Source of the DNA: an uncultured delta proteobacterium
GTDB taxonomy: Bacteria > Desulfobacterota > Binatia > UBA9968
Assembly (NCBI GenBank): GCA_963727625.1
Contig: CAVSHR010000002.1
Span: forward strand, 512,001 to 576,000
DNA length: 64,000 nt
Direction: 5' to 3'
Under the pieces are notes generated by a model that searched no databases, had not been told where the DNA came from, and saw only the letters and a list, made by a program, of their open reading frames with translations. This document shows positions 32,101-41,631 of this stretch, one piece after another; position 1 is the first letter of the stretch, and every line of letters starts with the position of its first letter. A program made the position numbers and the translations under genes.

Positions 32101-35100
32101 GTGAAGATTCGGCGGGCTTCGATCCATCTGTCATCTTCCGAAACGAGTGCTCTTAGATCGAATACCGGCATTGTAATGCTCAAGTTCGGTAAGATGACCT
32201 GTGCCGGTTTGCCATTCTCGGATTTAAACACCGTTCGCAGCACTTTGTGGCGCCGGATGATCTCGTTAAAGGTCCGTTCTAACGCCCCCACGTTGAGCGC
32301 GCCCTCAAGCCGGTAGGCGGAAAAGAGGTTGTAGGTAAAACTTCCGGGATCAAGCTGATCGAGAAACCACAACCGCTGTTGGGCAAAGGATAAAGGCGGC
32401 GTGTCGCTGAAATTCCGAGACGGGATGGGTTCGTTTGCCGGAGTAAAATGTTCGGTCGCTTCAAGCAAGCGCGCGATCCCGGTGATCGAAGAGTTTTCGA
32501 ACAATTCGCCCACAAAGAATTCCCTCTGAAAAGCCAGACTCAAACGCGACACGAGCCTTGCGAGGAGAAGCGAATCCCCTCCCAGATCGAAGAAATAATC
32601 TTCAATGCTCACTTCCTCGACTCCCGTGCACTCGGTAAAGATCCGAGCGATTGTTCTCTCCACGTCCGTTCGAGGAGCCACAAACGGCGTACTAAGCTCT
32701 GGTCTGCAACTATCCGGGTCAGGCAACGCACGGCGATCGATCTTGCCCCTAGTGGTCAAAGGTATTGTGGCCATTTTAATAAAGGTCGAGGGCGCCATAT
32801 AGCTGGGCAATTTTTCGCTGATAAATTCACGCAGTTCACTGACGGATGGGTGCCGCGCTCCGCGGGCCGTATAATAGGCTATCAGGCGATGCTCGCTCGA
32901 CCCGTCGGGCCGACCTAACACGGCGGCTTCGCCGACCGCAGGATGACTCCGTAAGGCTCGTTCCACCTCATCGAGCTCGACTCCGTTACCGCGGATCTTG
33001 ACGCGAAAATCCTTTCGCCCCTTGTGCATCAAACAGCCGTCGGACCGCATGAATCCTAAATCGCCGGTGAAGTAAATGCGCTTTGCCGGATCTTGTGGGT
33101 CGACTTTAAATTTACTTTCGGTCAGTTCCGGACGGCGCCAATAGCCCAGAGCCAGATAGCGGCTACGAACGGCGATCTCGCCAACCTCACCGAAGTCGAC
33201 TTCCTGACCGTCATTGTCGAGTAGAAGCACTTCCTTAAACGGGACGGGATAGCCAATCGGCACTTCGTCGCCCGCAAGGTCGGTGCCACCAACGATGCGG
33301 TACGAAGTGAGGTGGCCTGCTTCCGACGAGGCCAGGCCGGTGATCAAAGCGCAGTGAGACGGAAAGTGTTTGTTGAATAACGAAATATCGGCCGCTTGAA
33401 CTGTATCGCTCCGCAATCTCACGACGCGAAGATTTGAGAAATCTTGCGCGTCGGTTAGACATTCACACAGTTTGCGAAACAGCGGCGCCGCGATTGCGCA
33501 GATCGACACGCCTTCGGTTCCTAACCAAGAGCCCAGGCGAACAACGCCATGCGCGCGCACGTCGAATGGCAAGAGAGTCGCGCCGTTCAGCAAGGCGAGC
33601 AGTACATCGTTTATTGTATTGCCTGCATGCGAGGAAAGGAGGGCGATGCGGTCCGATTCGCTGATCTCGCTCTCGCGGGTCCGGGTTATCTTGCGGTGGA
33701 AGAGAGCCTCATGATTCCATGTGACCCCTTTGGGCGCTCCGGTGGAACCGGATGTGTAAACGATCATGGCTAGACTGTCCGGCGGGATATCGAGCGATAG
33801 ATTGTGCGAATTTAACTGGTTGCCGATGTCGGAATAATCGATTGTCTGACATCCGATATTGGTGATCTCGCGAATCAACGTGCTGTTTTGATCAGCAATA
33901 ACTAATTCTGCCTTAGCATCTTGAACTATCGATGTAATGCGACTTATAGGATCGGCGGGATCAATGAGCGCAAAATATTTTCCAGATTTAAGTACGCCAA
34001 TTATCGCGGTTAAGTATGGGATCCCTGTCTTCATCACTATGGCTACCGCGGCCGGTTTGTTTCCAATCTTGGTCAAGAGCGCCTGCGCAACGCGATTGGC
34101 TTGAATATTGAGCTCGGTATAAGTTACCGACTCCTCCCCGGTTTTTATCGCAACTCGATCGGGAAACATCCTTACGATCTGTTCAAACTGTTCGGGGATC
34201 GATCCCTCGACTTCTTCGTTGGGGAAAGGCGACAAGCCGATGGTGGGTCCGACCGGGCGAGCCTGCACTGCATTGCGGGATCGCTGAGAATGGGGACGAC
34301 CAGGCTGATGAATTACTCTTCGGCTCTCTCTGATTACGGCAGCCATCTCTCGCACGGTCGGTGTATCGAAAAAAGTCTGCGGGGGCAGCTCTAATTGGAA
34401 CTTGTCGATCAAGCGCGTGACAATTCTCGTAGCCGCTAGGGAATGGCCGCCTAGATCAAAAAAATTGTCAGAGATGCCGACCCGATCGATGCCGAGAACC
34501 TCCGCCCATATTTCAGCCACTGCGGTTTCTTCGTTGCCGTGCGGAGCCATAAATGGGGTGTCCAAATGGGGACGTGTCTCGGCTGGTGGCGGGAGCGCTG
34601 CGCGATCGACTTTGTTCTGCGGGTTGAGCGGTATGCTATTCAATCTTACGAAAAAGGCAGGAATCATGTAATCGGGCAACGTCTGCCCTAAGAACCTTAC
34701 CAACTCACTTACGGTGGGCACTTCTTGAGGAGCTGTCACGAAATACGCGACGAGCACCGTTTCTCCTGAATGGTTGATTCGAGCCGTGATGACGGAGTCG
34801 TGAATCCTGGGATGGTCCCGAAGCGCGGTCTCGACCTCTTTGATATCCACCGGATTGCCACGGACTTTTACGCGAAAGTCTTTGCGCCCTTGGTGTACCA
34901 GACAGCCGTCAGAAAGCACGAGCCCCATATCACCGGTTAGGTAAATACGACTTCCATTTTCGGATGGATCGCGCTTGAACTTAGACTTTGTCAGCAGTGG
35001 ATTGCGCAAATAGCCGGGCGACAGATAGCGACTCCGGACAACAATCTCAGCAACTTCATCGGAGCCCACTTCTTCGCCGTCCTGATTAACAAGCACGATT

Positions 35101-36185
35101 TCTTTCCCTGGGGCCGCGTAGCCGATGGGAACCGCGCCATCGGCCACGATCGTGTCGTGATCGATCAAGTAATCCGCTAAGGGCCCTGTCTCGTTTGAGG
35201 ACAGGCCGGTGACGAAGATGCAGGTCGGCGAGAAAAACCGCTTGTAAAGATCGGTATCTGATTTGTAAACCGATTCGCTTCGTAATCGTAGGGCGCGGAA
35301 GTCGGGAAAGTTATTGCTTCCTTTCAAGGTTTCGCACAGGTTACGAAAGAGCGGCGAACTCATCGGCGCAATGGTAATGCGTTCCTCTGCCAACCAACGG
35401 GAGAGCTGTACAATTCCTTGCTGTTTGACTTCCAACGAATAAAGTCCCGCGCCGTTTAGCAGTGCCAGCAAAGAATTCGTAATCGCGTTGGATGTTCCGG
35501 ACGAAAGCAGACTGATGCGATCATGCTCGCAGACATGAATGAGATTGGTGCGCAGCATGACGTTGTGCAAAATCATTCTGTGGTTCCGAAGTAAACCCTT
35601 GGGTTCGCCTGTGGAGCCGGAAGTGTAATTGATAAAAGCGAGAGCTTTGGCTGCAATCGAGAGCTCGGGATTATTTCCGGAAATCGAGCCATCGATGGTT
35701 TCCCATTGCATCAACCGGCAGTCCGGCGTTGCAATTTCATCGGCTAGGCCAGCATTTCGCCGGTTCGTTACCAGCAACTTCGCCCGGGAGCCCTTGAGCA
35801 TGGCAGTGAGCCTGGTTTTTGGAAAGGATGGGTCCAGAATCAAAAAGAACTTTCCGGCTTTCATCGCTCCCAGCATGGCGGCAACTTGTGTCACGTCCTT
35901 TTCCAATAGTAGTGCTACAAGTTGTGCTTTCGGGACCAGGCTTTGCAGCAAGTAGTGGGCAAAGCGATTGGCCATCTCATTAAGTTGGCTGTAAGTCGCG
36001 ACGCAAGCTTCTGTCTTGACCGCGATCCGATCGGCGTGTTGCCGTACAATCCTTTCGAAGCGCGCAGGGATGGAAGTCTCGACGTCCTCAATCGGAAACT
36101 CGACGAAATTTCCACTCGGATGAAAACACTTGTCGCGGATAGCCTGCTGCTCCGGCGGGAACATTTTAGCGTCGTCTTTGCTCAC
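29148..36185 (-). CDS. Non-ribosomal peptide synthetase, A-T-A-T-C-A-T
   Basis: Three YTSGSTG.PKG, three FFxLGG(H/D)SL carrier motifs, one HHIVYDGWS condensation motif; no thioesterase. Confidence 0.93.
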   Translation of the reverse strand: MSKDDAKMFPPEQQAIRDKCFHPSGNFVEFPIEDVETSIPARFERIVRQHADRIAVKTEACVATYSQLNEMANRFAHYLLQSLVPKAQLVALLLEKDVTQVAAMLGAMKAGKFFLILDPSFPKTRLTAMLKGSRAKLLVTNRRNAGLADEIATPDCRLMQWETIDGSISGNNPELSIAAKALAFINYTSGSTGEPKGLLRNHRMILHNVMLRTNLIHVCEHDRISLLSSGTSNAITNSLLALLNGAGLYSLEVKQQGIVQLSRWLAEERITIAPMSSPLFRNLCETLKGSNNFPDFRALRLRSESVYKSDTDLYKRFFSPTCIFVTGLSSNETGPLADYLIDHDTIVADGAVPIGYAAPGKEIVLVNQDGEEVGSDEVAEIVVRSRYLSPGYLRNPLLTKSKFKRDPSENGSRIYLTGDMGLVLSDGCLVHQGRKDFRVKVRGNPVDIKEVETALRDHPRIHDSVITARINHSGETVLVAYFVTAPQEVPTVSELVRFLGQTLPDYMIPAFFVRLNSIPLNPQNKVDRAALPPPAETRPHLDTPFMAPHGNEETAVAEIWAEVLGIDRVGISDNFFDLGGHSLAATRIVTRLIDKFQLELPPQTFFDTPTVREMAAVIRESRRVIHQPGRPHSQRSRNAVQARPVGPTIGLSPFPNEEVEGSIPEQFEQIVRMFPDRVAIKTGEESVTYTELNIQANRVAQALLTKIGNKPAAVAIVMKTGIPYLTAIIGVLKSGKYFALIDPADPISRITSIVQDAKAELVIADQNSTLIREITNIGCQTIDYSDIGNQLNSHNLSLDIPPDSLAMIVYTSGSTGAPKGVTWNHEALFHRKITRTRESEISESDRIALLSSHAGNTINDVLLALLNGATLLPFDVRAHGVVRLGSWLGTEGVSICAIAAPLFRKLCECLTDAQDFSNLRVVRLRSDTVQAADISLFNKHFPSHCALITGLASSEAGHLTSYRIVGGTDLAGDEVPIGYPVPFKEVLLLDNDGQEVDFGEVGEIAVRSRYLALGYWRRPELTESKFKVDPQDPAKRIYFTGDLGFMRSDGCLMHKGRKDFRVKIRGNGVELDEVERALRSHPAVGEAAVLGRPDGSSEHRLIAYYTARGARHPSVSELREFISEKLPSYMAPSTFIKMATIPLTTRGKIDRRALPDPDSCRPELSTPFVAPRTDVERTIARIFTECTGVEEVSIEDYFFDLGGDSLLLARLVSRLSLAFQREFFVGELFENSSITGIARLLEATEHFTPANEPIPSRNFSDTPPLSFAQQRLWFLDQLDPGSFTYNLFSAYRLEGALNVGALERTFNEIIRRHKVLRTVFKSENGKPAQVILPNLSITMPVFDLRALVSEDDRWIEARRIFTEEAQRPFDLAIGPLLRVTLLQLADDEYVLVRAMHHIVYDGWSEAVLLRELSEIYDALSTGQRSPLSDLPAQYADYAKWQRQWFEGERFESQLSYWKKQLDNIATLQLPTDRPKQALQTTRGARRYFVFSDALSSELNRLSRQYGATLFMTILAAFQTLLHRYSGQTDVVIGSPVAGRGRREFEDLIGFFLNTLVLRLDLSGNPTFAEAIRRVREVCLGALTHQELPFEKLVEELHPDRNLGHNPLFQVSFVFRNTPRVRPQLTGVTVEELEVETGIARFDLHVFMEEIDGHLRGYCDYDTSLFNADTIERMVGHFKILLEGIVSNPDQRISELPILTEAEKHQLLVEWNDTTIDYPKDKCIHQLFEKQVEKTPEAVAVIFEDQKLTYRELNHRGNQLAHHLQTLGVGPEVLVGICMERSLEMVVGLLGILKAGGAYVPLDPNYPKERMGFMLNDSQTPLLLTQRHLLQGLPAHRAQVLCLDTAWDQITQQCDRNPFPQTRAGNAAYMIYTSGSTGTPKGVVNVHGGLLNRLQWMQEKYCLTPADRVLQKTLFTFDVSVWEFFWPLISGACLVMARPEGHRDSAYLVHLIKSQQITTLHFVPSLLQVFLQAPGIEECISLKHVFCSGEALSHDLEQRFFERSTAALHNLYGPTEASIDVTAWECRKYSNSTTVPIGKPIANTEIYILDSHLNPVPIGVAGELHVGGAGLARGYLNRPELTAEKFIPNPFGAEPQSRLYKTGDLGRYLPDGNIEFLGRIDNQVKIRGYRIELGEIETVLGQHPIVREAVVLAREDSPGDKRLVAYLVGASGSIPSVSELRGFLQQKLPEYMVPSAFLFLDSLPLTPNGKVDRKALPAPDQSRPELEHSYTAPRTPVEELLANIWAEVLKLDKIGIHDNFFQLGGHSLIATQVVSRIRTRLSCDLPLRALFESPTVAELAAEIERAHSHKAAGGDMTVLLAELESLSDQEVNQRLNKNSTSLLKNP

Positions 36186-36532
36186 GGATCACTTGTTCAT
36201 TTTCATTGCGCGAATCTGTGCTCATACAATTTGTAACGGAACGGAGCAGGAAAACTCAAGACTAGACACCCAATAGGTTTTCGCCTTTTGGAATTGACGG
36301 GAATTGAGGGAATTTGCAGAAACGAACGAGACTCAATTGTGGCAGTCAGATGAGCTTTTTTTTTCTCGTCGAGTCCGAACTGCTAGTAAAGTGCGAGGTA
36401 ATTGCGGCGGGCCTACATCCATCTGAAAAGCTTTGGAACCGGCAGAAAGCGGAGTGCGGGTTTACCTTGACACCGAGATTGCGAATTACTGGCTTCGAAA
36501 GAGGATGATCGCGGTCCGTAGGCGCTCGGTGA

Positions 36533-37756
36533 TTACTTCAATTCAAAGCTTTTTTCCGCCATCTCGCAGATCTGCTGGCCGATGGCGAGCGACGCGGTGG
36601 CGCCCGGCGACGGCGCATTGAGCACGTGAATTGCGCGGGGGCTTTGCTTAATGACAAAATCGTCGACTAGCGCGCCGCTGGCGGACACCGCTTGGGCGCG
36701 CACGCCGGAGCCTCCGGGCACGAGATCTTTTTCGCGAATTTCCGGCAAGAGTTTTTGCAGGGCGCGCACGAACGCGGCTTTGCTGAGCGAGCGGTAAAGC
36801 TCCCCGAAGCCGGTGCGCCAATATTTGCCCGTGATTGCCCAAAAACCTTTAAAGGAAATCGTGCGCCAGAGATCGCTTAAATTAATGTCGCTGTGGCGGT
36901 AGCCCTCGCGCGCATAGGCAAATACCGCGTTGGGGCCGGCTTCCACCCCGCCACGCGCCATACGCGTGAAGTGGACGCCCAAAAATGGAAAGGTCGGATC
37001 GGGCACCGGATATATCAAGTTCCGCACCAGGAATTCTCGCGCCGGGGCGATTTTGTAGTATTCGCCGCGAAACGGAATGATGCGGTGCTCTTCTTCGTCG
37101 ATGTCTTTAGCAGCGATCATTTGCGCGACGATGTCGGACTGCAAGCCGCAGCAATTGATCAGATGTTTGGTGCGGTAGTCGCCGCCGGAAGTCTGTAAGA
37201 CAATTTCATCCGGGCGGTCGAGCATGCCGACGACGCGTTGCGATAACCGGATATCGCCGCCGTTGTCGCGGATTTTCTCGGCGTAGGCCGCGGCGACTTT
37301 TCGATAGTCGACGATGCCGGTCTCGGGAACGAAAAGCCCCCTGATGCCGGTGGCATGGGGCTCGAGCTCTTTCAGTCGCTCGGGTCCGATGCTTTCCAAG
37401 CCCAGCAGGCCGTTGGCGGCGCCGCGGCGACAGAGCTCATCGAGCCGCGGTAATTCTTGTTCGCGGGTCGCGACCACGACTTTACCGCAGATTTCGTACG
37501 GAATGGCATGCTCGTCGCAGAAGGCGATCAGCTCCTTCCGGCCGCTCACGCAGGAGCGGGCTTTGAGGGAGCCCGGACGATAGTAAAGCCCGGAGTGGAT
37601 CACGCCGCTGTTGTTTCCGGTTTGATGGCGCGCCAGCTCGGCTTCTTTTTCCAGGATCAACAGGCGCAGGGTCGGATGGGCGGCAATGATTTTCAGCGCG
37701 GCGGCGAGACCGAGGATGCCGCCGCCGATGATCGTGAGGTCGTACTGCGAAGCCAT
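36533..37756 (-). CDS. lhgO: L-2-hydroxyglutarate oxidase
   Basis: IIGGGILG, HQTGNNSGVIHSG.YY.PGSLKA, FLGVHFT, NAPSPGAT; start at ATG 37756. Confidence 0.9.
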   Translation of the reverse strand: MASQYDLTIIGGGILGLAAALKIIAAHPTLRLLILEKEAELARHQTGNNSGVIHSGLYYRPGSLKARSCVSGRKELIAFCDEHAIPYEICGKVVVATREQELPRLDELCRRGAANGLLGLESIGPERLKELEPHATGIRGLFVPETGIVDYRKVAAAYAEKIRDNGGDIRLSQRVVGMLDRPDEIVLQTSGGDYRTKHLINCCGLQSDIVAQMIAAKDIDEEEHRIIPFRGEYYKIAPAREFLVRNLIYPVPDPTFPFLGVHFTRMARGGVEAGPNAVFAYAREGYRHSDINLSDLWRTISFKGFWAITGKYWRTGFGELYRSLSKAAFVRALQKLLPEIREKDLVPGGSGVRAQAVSASGALVDDFVIKQSPRAIHVLNAPSPGATASLAIGQQICEMAEKSFELK

Positions 37757-37818
37757 CACAGATTGCGCTCGTTCAAGTTGTTCGAAAGGTTCAAATCGTT
37801 CAAGCCGTTTGCAGAGAA

Positions 37819-38754
37819 CTATAGATGCAGCAGCCGGCGCGAGTTTTTTTCCGTGAAGCTTTTTATATGCTCCGGATCGGGCTGCGCCGCGATGGCGGCA
37901 AAGCCCTTGGCGAGCGGCCCCAAGCCCCCGCAATAGTCGGAGCCGAAGACGATGTTGTTCTCGCCCATTTTATGGATCAGGAACGAGAGCGTGGCGGCGT
38001 CGGAGCTGGCGCAATCGATGGAAAAATGTTCGAGGAAGATGTCCGAATAGCGCTGTTCCCCCGTCGCCCCTTTGTGCTTCCAGAAAAAGCGGTGGAGCAG
38101 CAGCGGGATGCCGCCGCCCGAGCTGCGGATGACGATCTGCAGATTGGGGTAACGATCGAACAGGCCGCTGGCGATCATGCGCAGGCAGCACTCGGCGACT
38201 TCGCCGTCGGACAGTACGGCGTAGGCAACGCCGGCGCCGCCGTCTTCGAGGCGCGCCAGGCTCGGGTCCTGCGCCGTGCCGGCGCCGTGCAAAAAAATCG
38301 GCAGATTGAGCTCGGATATTTTCGCGAAGATCGGATCCATCGCTGCGGTGTCGACCAACATTTCGCCCGCCACATGGGGATAGAGCAGCACGGCGCGAAA
38401 CCCCTGTTTCGCGGTGCGCTCGATCTCTTGCACGGAGGCAGCGATATTCTTGAGCGAGAGCGCAGTGACGCCGATCAATCGATCTTGATACGGCGCGATG
38501 CGCTGGGCCAAAATAGCGTTGGATTGCTTGACGATCTCGAGAGCCTGATCGCCGGGCAACTGGTCGGCGTAGACGCCGGCGCCCTGACAGACGAGCTGCA
38601 GGTCGAGGCCGACTTCGTCCATCTCCTTGATGCGCTTCGATAAATCCGGCGAATCGTAGGCGTCGATATGCGGTCGCTTGCCGGTTAGGGATTTGATGTG
38701 GTCGGCGATTTCCGGAGCGGTGTGGTGCGCGTGCCAATCGATACAAGTCGCCAT
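37819..38754 (-). CDS. Amidohydrolase family protein (decarboxylase-like)
   Basis: IDWHAH, PIFLH, IVFGSDY. Confidence 0.8.
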   Translation of the reverse strand: MATCIDWHAHHTAPEIADHIKSLTGKRPHIDAYDSPDLSKRIKEMDEVGLDLQLVCQGAGVYADQLPGDQALEIVKQSNAILAQRIAPYQDRLIGVTALSLKNIAASVQEIERTAKQGFRAVLLYPHVAGEMLVDTAAMDPIFAKISELNLPIFLHGAGTAQDPSLARLEDGGAGVAYAVLSDGEVAECCLRMIASGLFDRYPNLQIVIRSSGGGIPLLLHRFFWKHKGATGEQRYSDIFLEHFSIDCASSDAATLSFLIHKMGENNIVFGSDYCGGLGPLAKGFAAIAAQPDPEHIKSFTEKNSRRLLHL

Positions 38755-38938
38755 GGCGATCTCCTTTACCCTTGCGTACGCTTCTCGAATACTGCGGATC
38801 GTTTCCGTCAGTCAAGAGAGGGCTTGGGCCAAGCCAGCGGAAGCGCCGATGTTGGCGGGCACTCTAAATAATCTATCGTTGGTCGGGCGCGCCAAGCACG
38901 GCCAACGCGACGGATCGTCGGATCGCACCGACGCACGA

Positions 38939-39565
38939 TCATTTCCGCGGCGTGCCGGCGAATTCGGCCTTGTCTTTGAGTCGGCGCACCAGTTCTTCGT
39001 AGGAAGCGTGGGAGATCACGCGGTTGAATTGCGAGCGGTAGTTGTTGACCAGGCTGACGTTTTCAGCGACGACGTCGTACACTTTCCATTCGCTGCGGAC
39101 TAAATGAACTTTGTAGTTGAGAGTGTATTCTTCGCCCCGGCTGGTCAGGATTTTGCTGCCCACGTCGGCGTAGGTGCCGTCGATGCGCTCGTGGGTATAG
39201 ATGAGTTTTTCGTCGGTATAGGATTCGATGATGTCGGCATAGGCGCGCTCGAGCACTTCGGTGAACAAATGGACAAATTCCTCCTGCTCCTTGGGCGTGC
39301 GCCGGCGCCAGTTGGGGCCCAGGGCGCGCCTGGCCATCTCGGTGAAATCAAAACGGGCAAATAAAATTTGTTTCAGCTGATCACGTCGCTCTTCTACCTT
39401 TGCCGCCGGTTTCAAGCGCGGGTCCTTAAGAACCAGCAGCGCCTTATCGACGGTCGCTTTGATCTGATCCGTGGGCAGCCCCGCGTGGGCGTTTCCCGAT
39501 AGCAACGCCAGCGTGAAAAACACAATGGCAATGGTTTTCATAGCGAGATTATTTTTGAAGTTCAT
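38939..39565 (-). CDS. mlaC: Phospholipid transport substrate-binding protein MlaC/Ttg2D
   Basis: FDFTEMARRALG..W, WKVYDV..ENVSLVNNYRSQF. Confidence 0.9.
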   Translation of the reverse strand: MNFKNNLAMKTIAIVFFTLALLSGNAHAGLPTDQIKATVDKALLVLKDPRLKPAAKVEERRDQLKQILFARFDFTEMARRALGPNWRRRTPKEQEEFVHLFTEVLERAYADIIESYTDEKLIYTHERIDGTYADVGSKILTSRGEEYTLNYKVHLVRSEWKVYDVVAENVSLVNNYRSQFNRVISHASYEELVRRLKDKAEFAGTPRK

Positions 39566-40025
39566 CTTTCTTCTCAGTTTTGGACGTCAGGTCGCCGCCG
39601 ACTATCTTGCCGATCAAATCGGGTATGTCCGGCGGCGACTCGGTCTCCCTGATTTTTCCGCCAGGCGCAATCATTTTATCCGAAGCGCCGGGCGAGACCA
39701 AGACAAATTTGTCGCCGATCAAGCCCCGTGCTCGCACCGATGCGATGACATCTTCCTGAAGCTTAATTCCATCGTTAAACCTGAGAGTTAGGCGCGCTTT
39801 GTCGTCGGCCAATCCGATGCTGTCGACGCGGCCAACTCGGACTCCGGCAATTTCTACCGGATCGCCTGGTTTTAGGCCTGCGACAGAAGGGAAATCGGCA
39901 AAAACCACATATCCTTGAGAACTGAATAGCTCGAGTTTGCCTAAGCGGATGGCGAGATAACCCAAGCAAGTAAGCCCGACCAGAACAAAAAGGCCAACGA
40001 TGACGTCTGTGCGTGAATGATTCAA
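39549..40025 (-). CDS. mlaD: MCE protein MlaD
   Basis: VGLFVLVG, F.SVAGLK.G.PV.IAGV.VG.V, GLIGDKFV; TTG start after GGAG. Confidence 0.9.
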   Translation of the reverse strand: MNHSRTDVIVGLFVLVGLTCLGYLAIRLGKLELFSSQGYVVFADFPSVAGLKPGDPVEIAGVRVGRVDSIGLADDKARLTLRFNDGIKLQEDVIASVRARGLIGDKFVLVSPGASDKMIAPGGKIRETESPPDIPDLIGKIVGGDLTSKTEKKDELQK

Positions 40026-40036
40026 TGTCGTAACTC

Positions 40037-40783
40037 CTACAGGACTTGGATCGGGCCCTCGGTTTTGCCGTGAATAAATTGTTGCACCACCGGGTTCTCG
40101 GAGGCGCAAAACGCGTTCGGCGGTCCAACGTTTTCAATTACCCCGTTGGCGAGCATAGCAACGTAGTCGGAGATTTCAAAGACCTGCGGGATGGTATGGC
40201 TCACCACGATTCCAGTAAAACCAAACTCCTTGTGAGTACGAGCGATCAACTGATGAATGCTGGTTGCCAAGACCGGATCCAGGCCGGTGGTCGGTTCGTC
40301 GAACAGAACGATTTGCGGGTCCATAATCAGCGCGCGCGCCAGCCCAGCGCGCTTTCTCATGCCGCCGCTAAGTTCGGCGGGAAGTTTTCCGCCCATTTTT
40401 CCCAAGCCGACCTGTTCCAATCGCGCGTCGACCTTTTTCTTGATATCACTCTCACTGGTGCGGGTTTTTTCGCGCAGCGGAAAGGCGACGTTGTCGAATA
40501 CGGTCATCGAGTCCAACAGCGCAGCGCCTTGAAAGAGCACGCCGAATTTACTGCGGATCTCATAAAGATCCTTTTGCGCCAGTTTGGTGATGTCGACGTC
40601 ATCGATCAAAACTTCACCCGAGTCGGGCAGAAAAAGCGCGTTCAGATGCTTCAATAAGACCGTTTTGCCGCAACCGCTGGTGCCGACGATGGTGGTGATC
40701 TTGCCCGAGGCGAACTCCAGGTTCACACCCTTAAGGACTTGTTGACCGCGAAAACCTTTGTGCAGATTGGCGACCTTGATCAT
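40037..40783 (-). CDS. mlaF: ABC ATP-binding protein MlaF
   Basis: GTSGCGKT, LFQGAALLDS, LSGGMRKR, FDEPTTGLDP. Confidence 0.92.
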   Translation of the reverse strand: MIKVANLHKGFRGQQVLKGVNLEFASGKITTIVGTSGCGKTVLLKHLNALFLPDSGEVLIDDVDITKLAQKDLYEIRSKFGVLFQGAALLDSMTVFDNVAFPLREKTRTSESDIKKKVDARLEQVGLGKMGGKLPAELSGGMRKRAGLARALIMDPQIVLFDEPTTGLDPVLATSIHQLIARTHKEFGFTGIVVSHTIPQVFEISDYVAMLANGVIENVGPPNAFCASENPVVQQFIHGKTEGPIQVL

Positions 40784-40785
40784 GG

Positions 40786-41556
40786 TTAGAGCATGATGGA
40801 AGTCAGAAAGTAGTCCCAGACGAGAATGAATACAAAAGATAGCACCACGGATTCGGTGGTCGCCTGGCTCACCCCGGTCGCCATCGGCGGCGCGTGAAAT
40901 CCCTTATAACAACAAATCCAGGTGATGATCAGGCCGAAGGAGAGCGATTTGACAAAACCGCCGTAGACGTCGTGAAAAACAATGCTGTTTTCCATGCCGG
41001 CAAAAAAGCTGCCGGAGCTGACGCCGAGCAGATTGACGCCGACCAAATAGGATCCAAAAATGCCGATCACATCGAAAATCGCGGTCAGCAGCGGCATCGC
41101 GATCAGGCTGGCGATAATGCGCGGCGACACGAGATACTTAATCGGGTTGATCGCCATCGAGTCAAGCGCGTCGATCTGTTCGGTAGCGCGCATGGTGCCG
41201 AGCTCCGCCGCCATCGCTGAGCCGGTGCGACCCGTCACCATGAACGCAGAAAGGACCGGCCCCAATTCGCGGAGTAGGCCTAAGGCGGCCGCTGAGCCGA
41301 GAAAGCTTTCAGCGTTGAATTTTCTTAAACTGTAGTAACCTTGAAAGCCCATCACCATGCCGGTGAAAAATCCCGACAAGGTGACCACCGACAGCGAGTC
41401 CACACCGATAGTTTTAATGTGATGGATGATCAGGTAAATCTTGGCTGGGCGACGGAAGGCGAGTAATATCGCTGAAATAAGGAAGGAAAACATCCTACCT
41501 ATTCCGGCAATTTGATCGATCGCAAAGCGACCGGTGCGGCCTAGAAAAGAAACCAT
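40786..41556 (-). CDS. mlaE: ABC permease MlaE
   Basis: RELGPVL, GSAMAAELGTM..TEQIDAL. Confidence 0.93.
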   Translation of the reverse strand: MVSFLGRTGRFAIDQIAGIGRMFSFLISAILLAFRRPAKIYLIIHHIKTIGVDSLSVVTLSGFFTGMVMGFQGYYSLRKFNAESFLGSAAALGLLRELGPVLSAFMVTGRTGSAMAAELGTMRATEQIDALDSMAINPIKYLVSPRIIASLIAMPLLTAIFDVIGIFGSYLVGVNLLGVSSGSFFAGMENSIVFHDVYGGFVKSLSFGLIITWICCYKGFHAPPMATGVSQATTESVVLSFVFILVWDYFLTSIML

Positions 41557-41631
41557 GAGTTGTTAGCGTGAAGCGCAGCGAACTTCTTGAATGCAATCTA
41601 AATACAGAAAACGCCTGCGCGTTGCAAGCAT

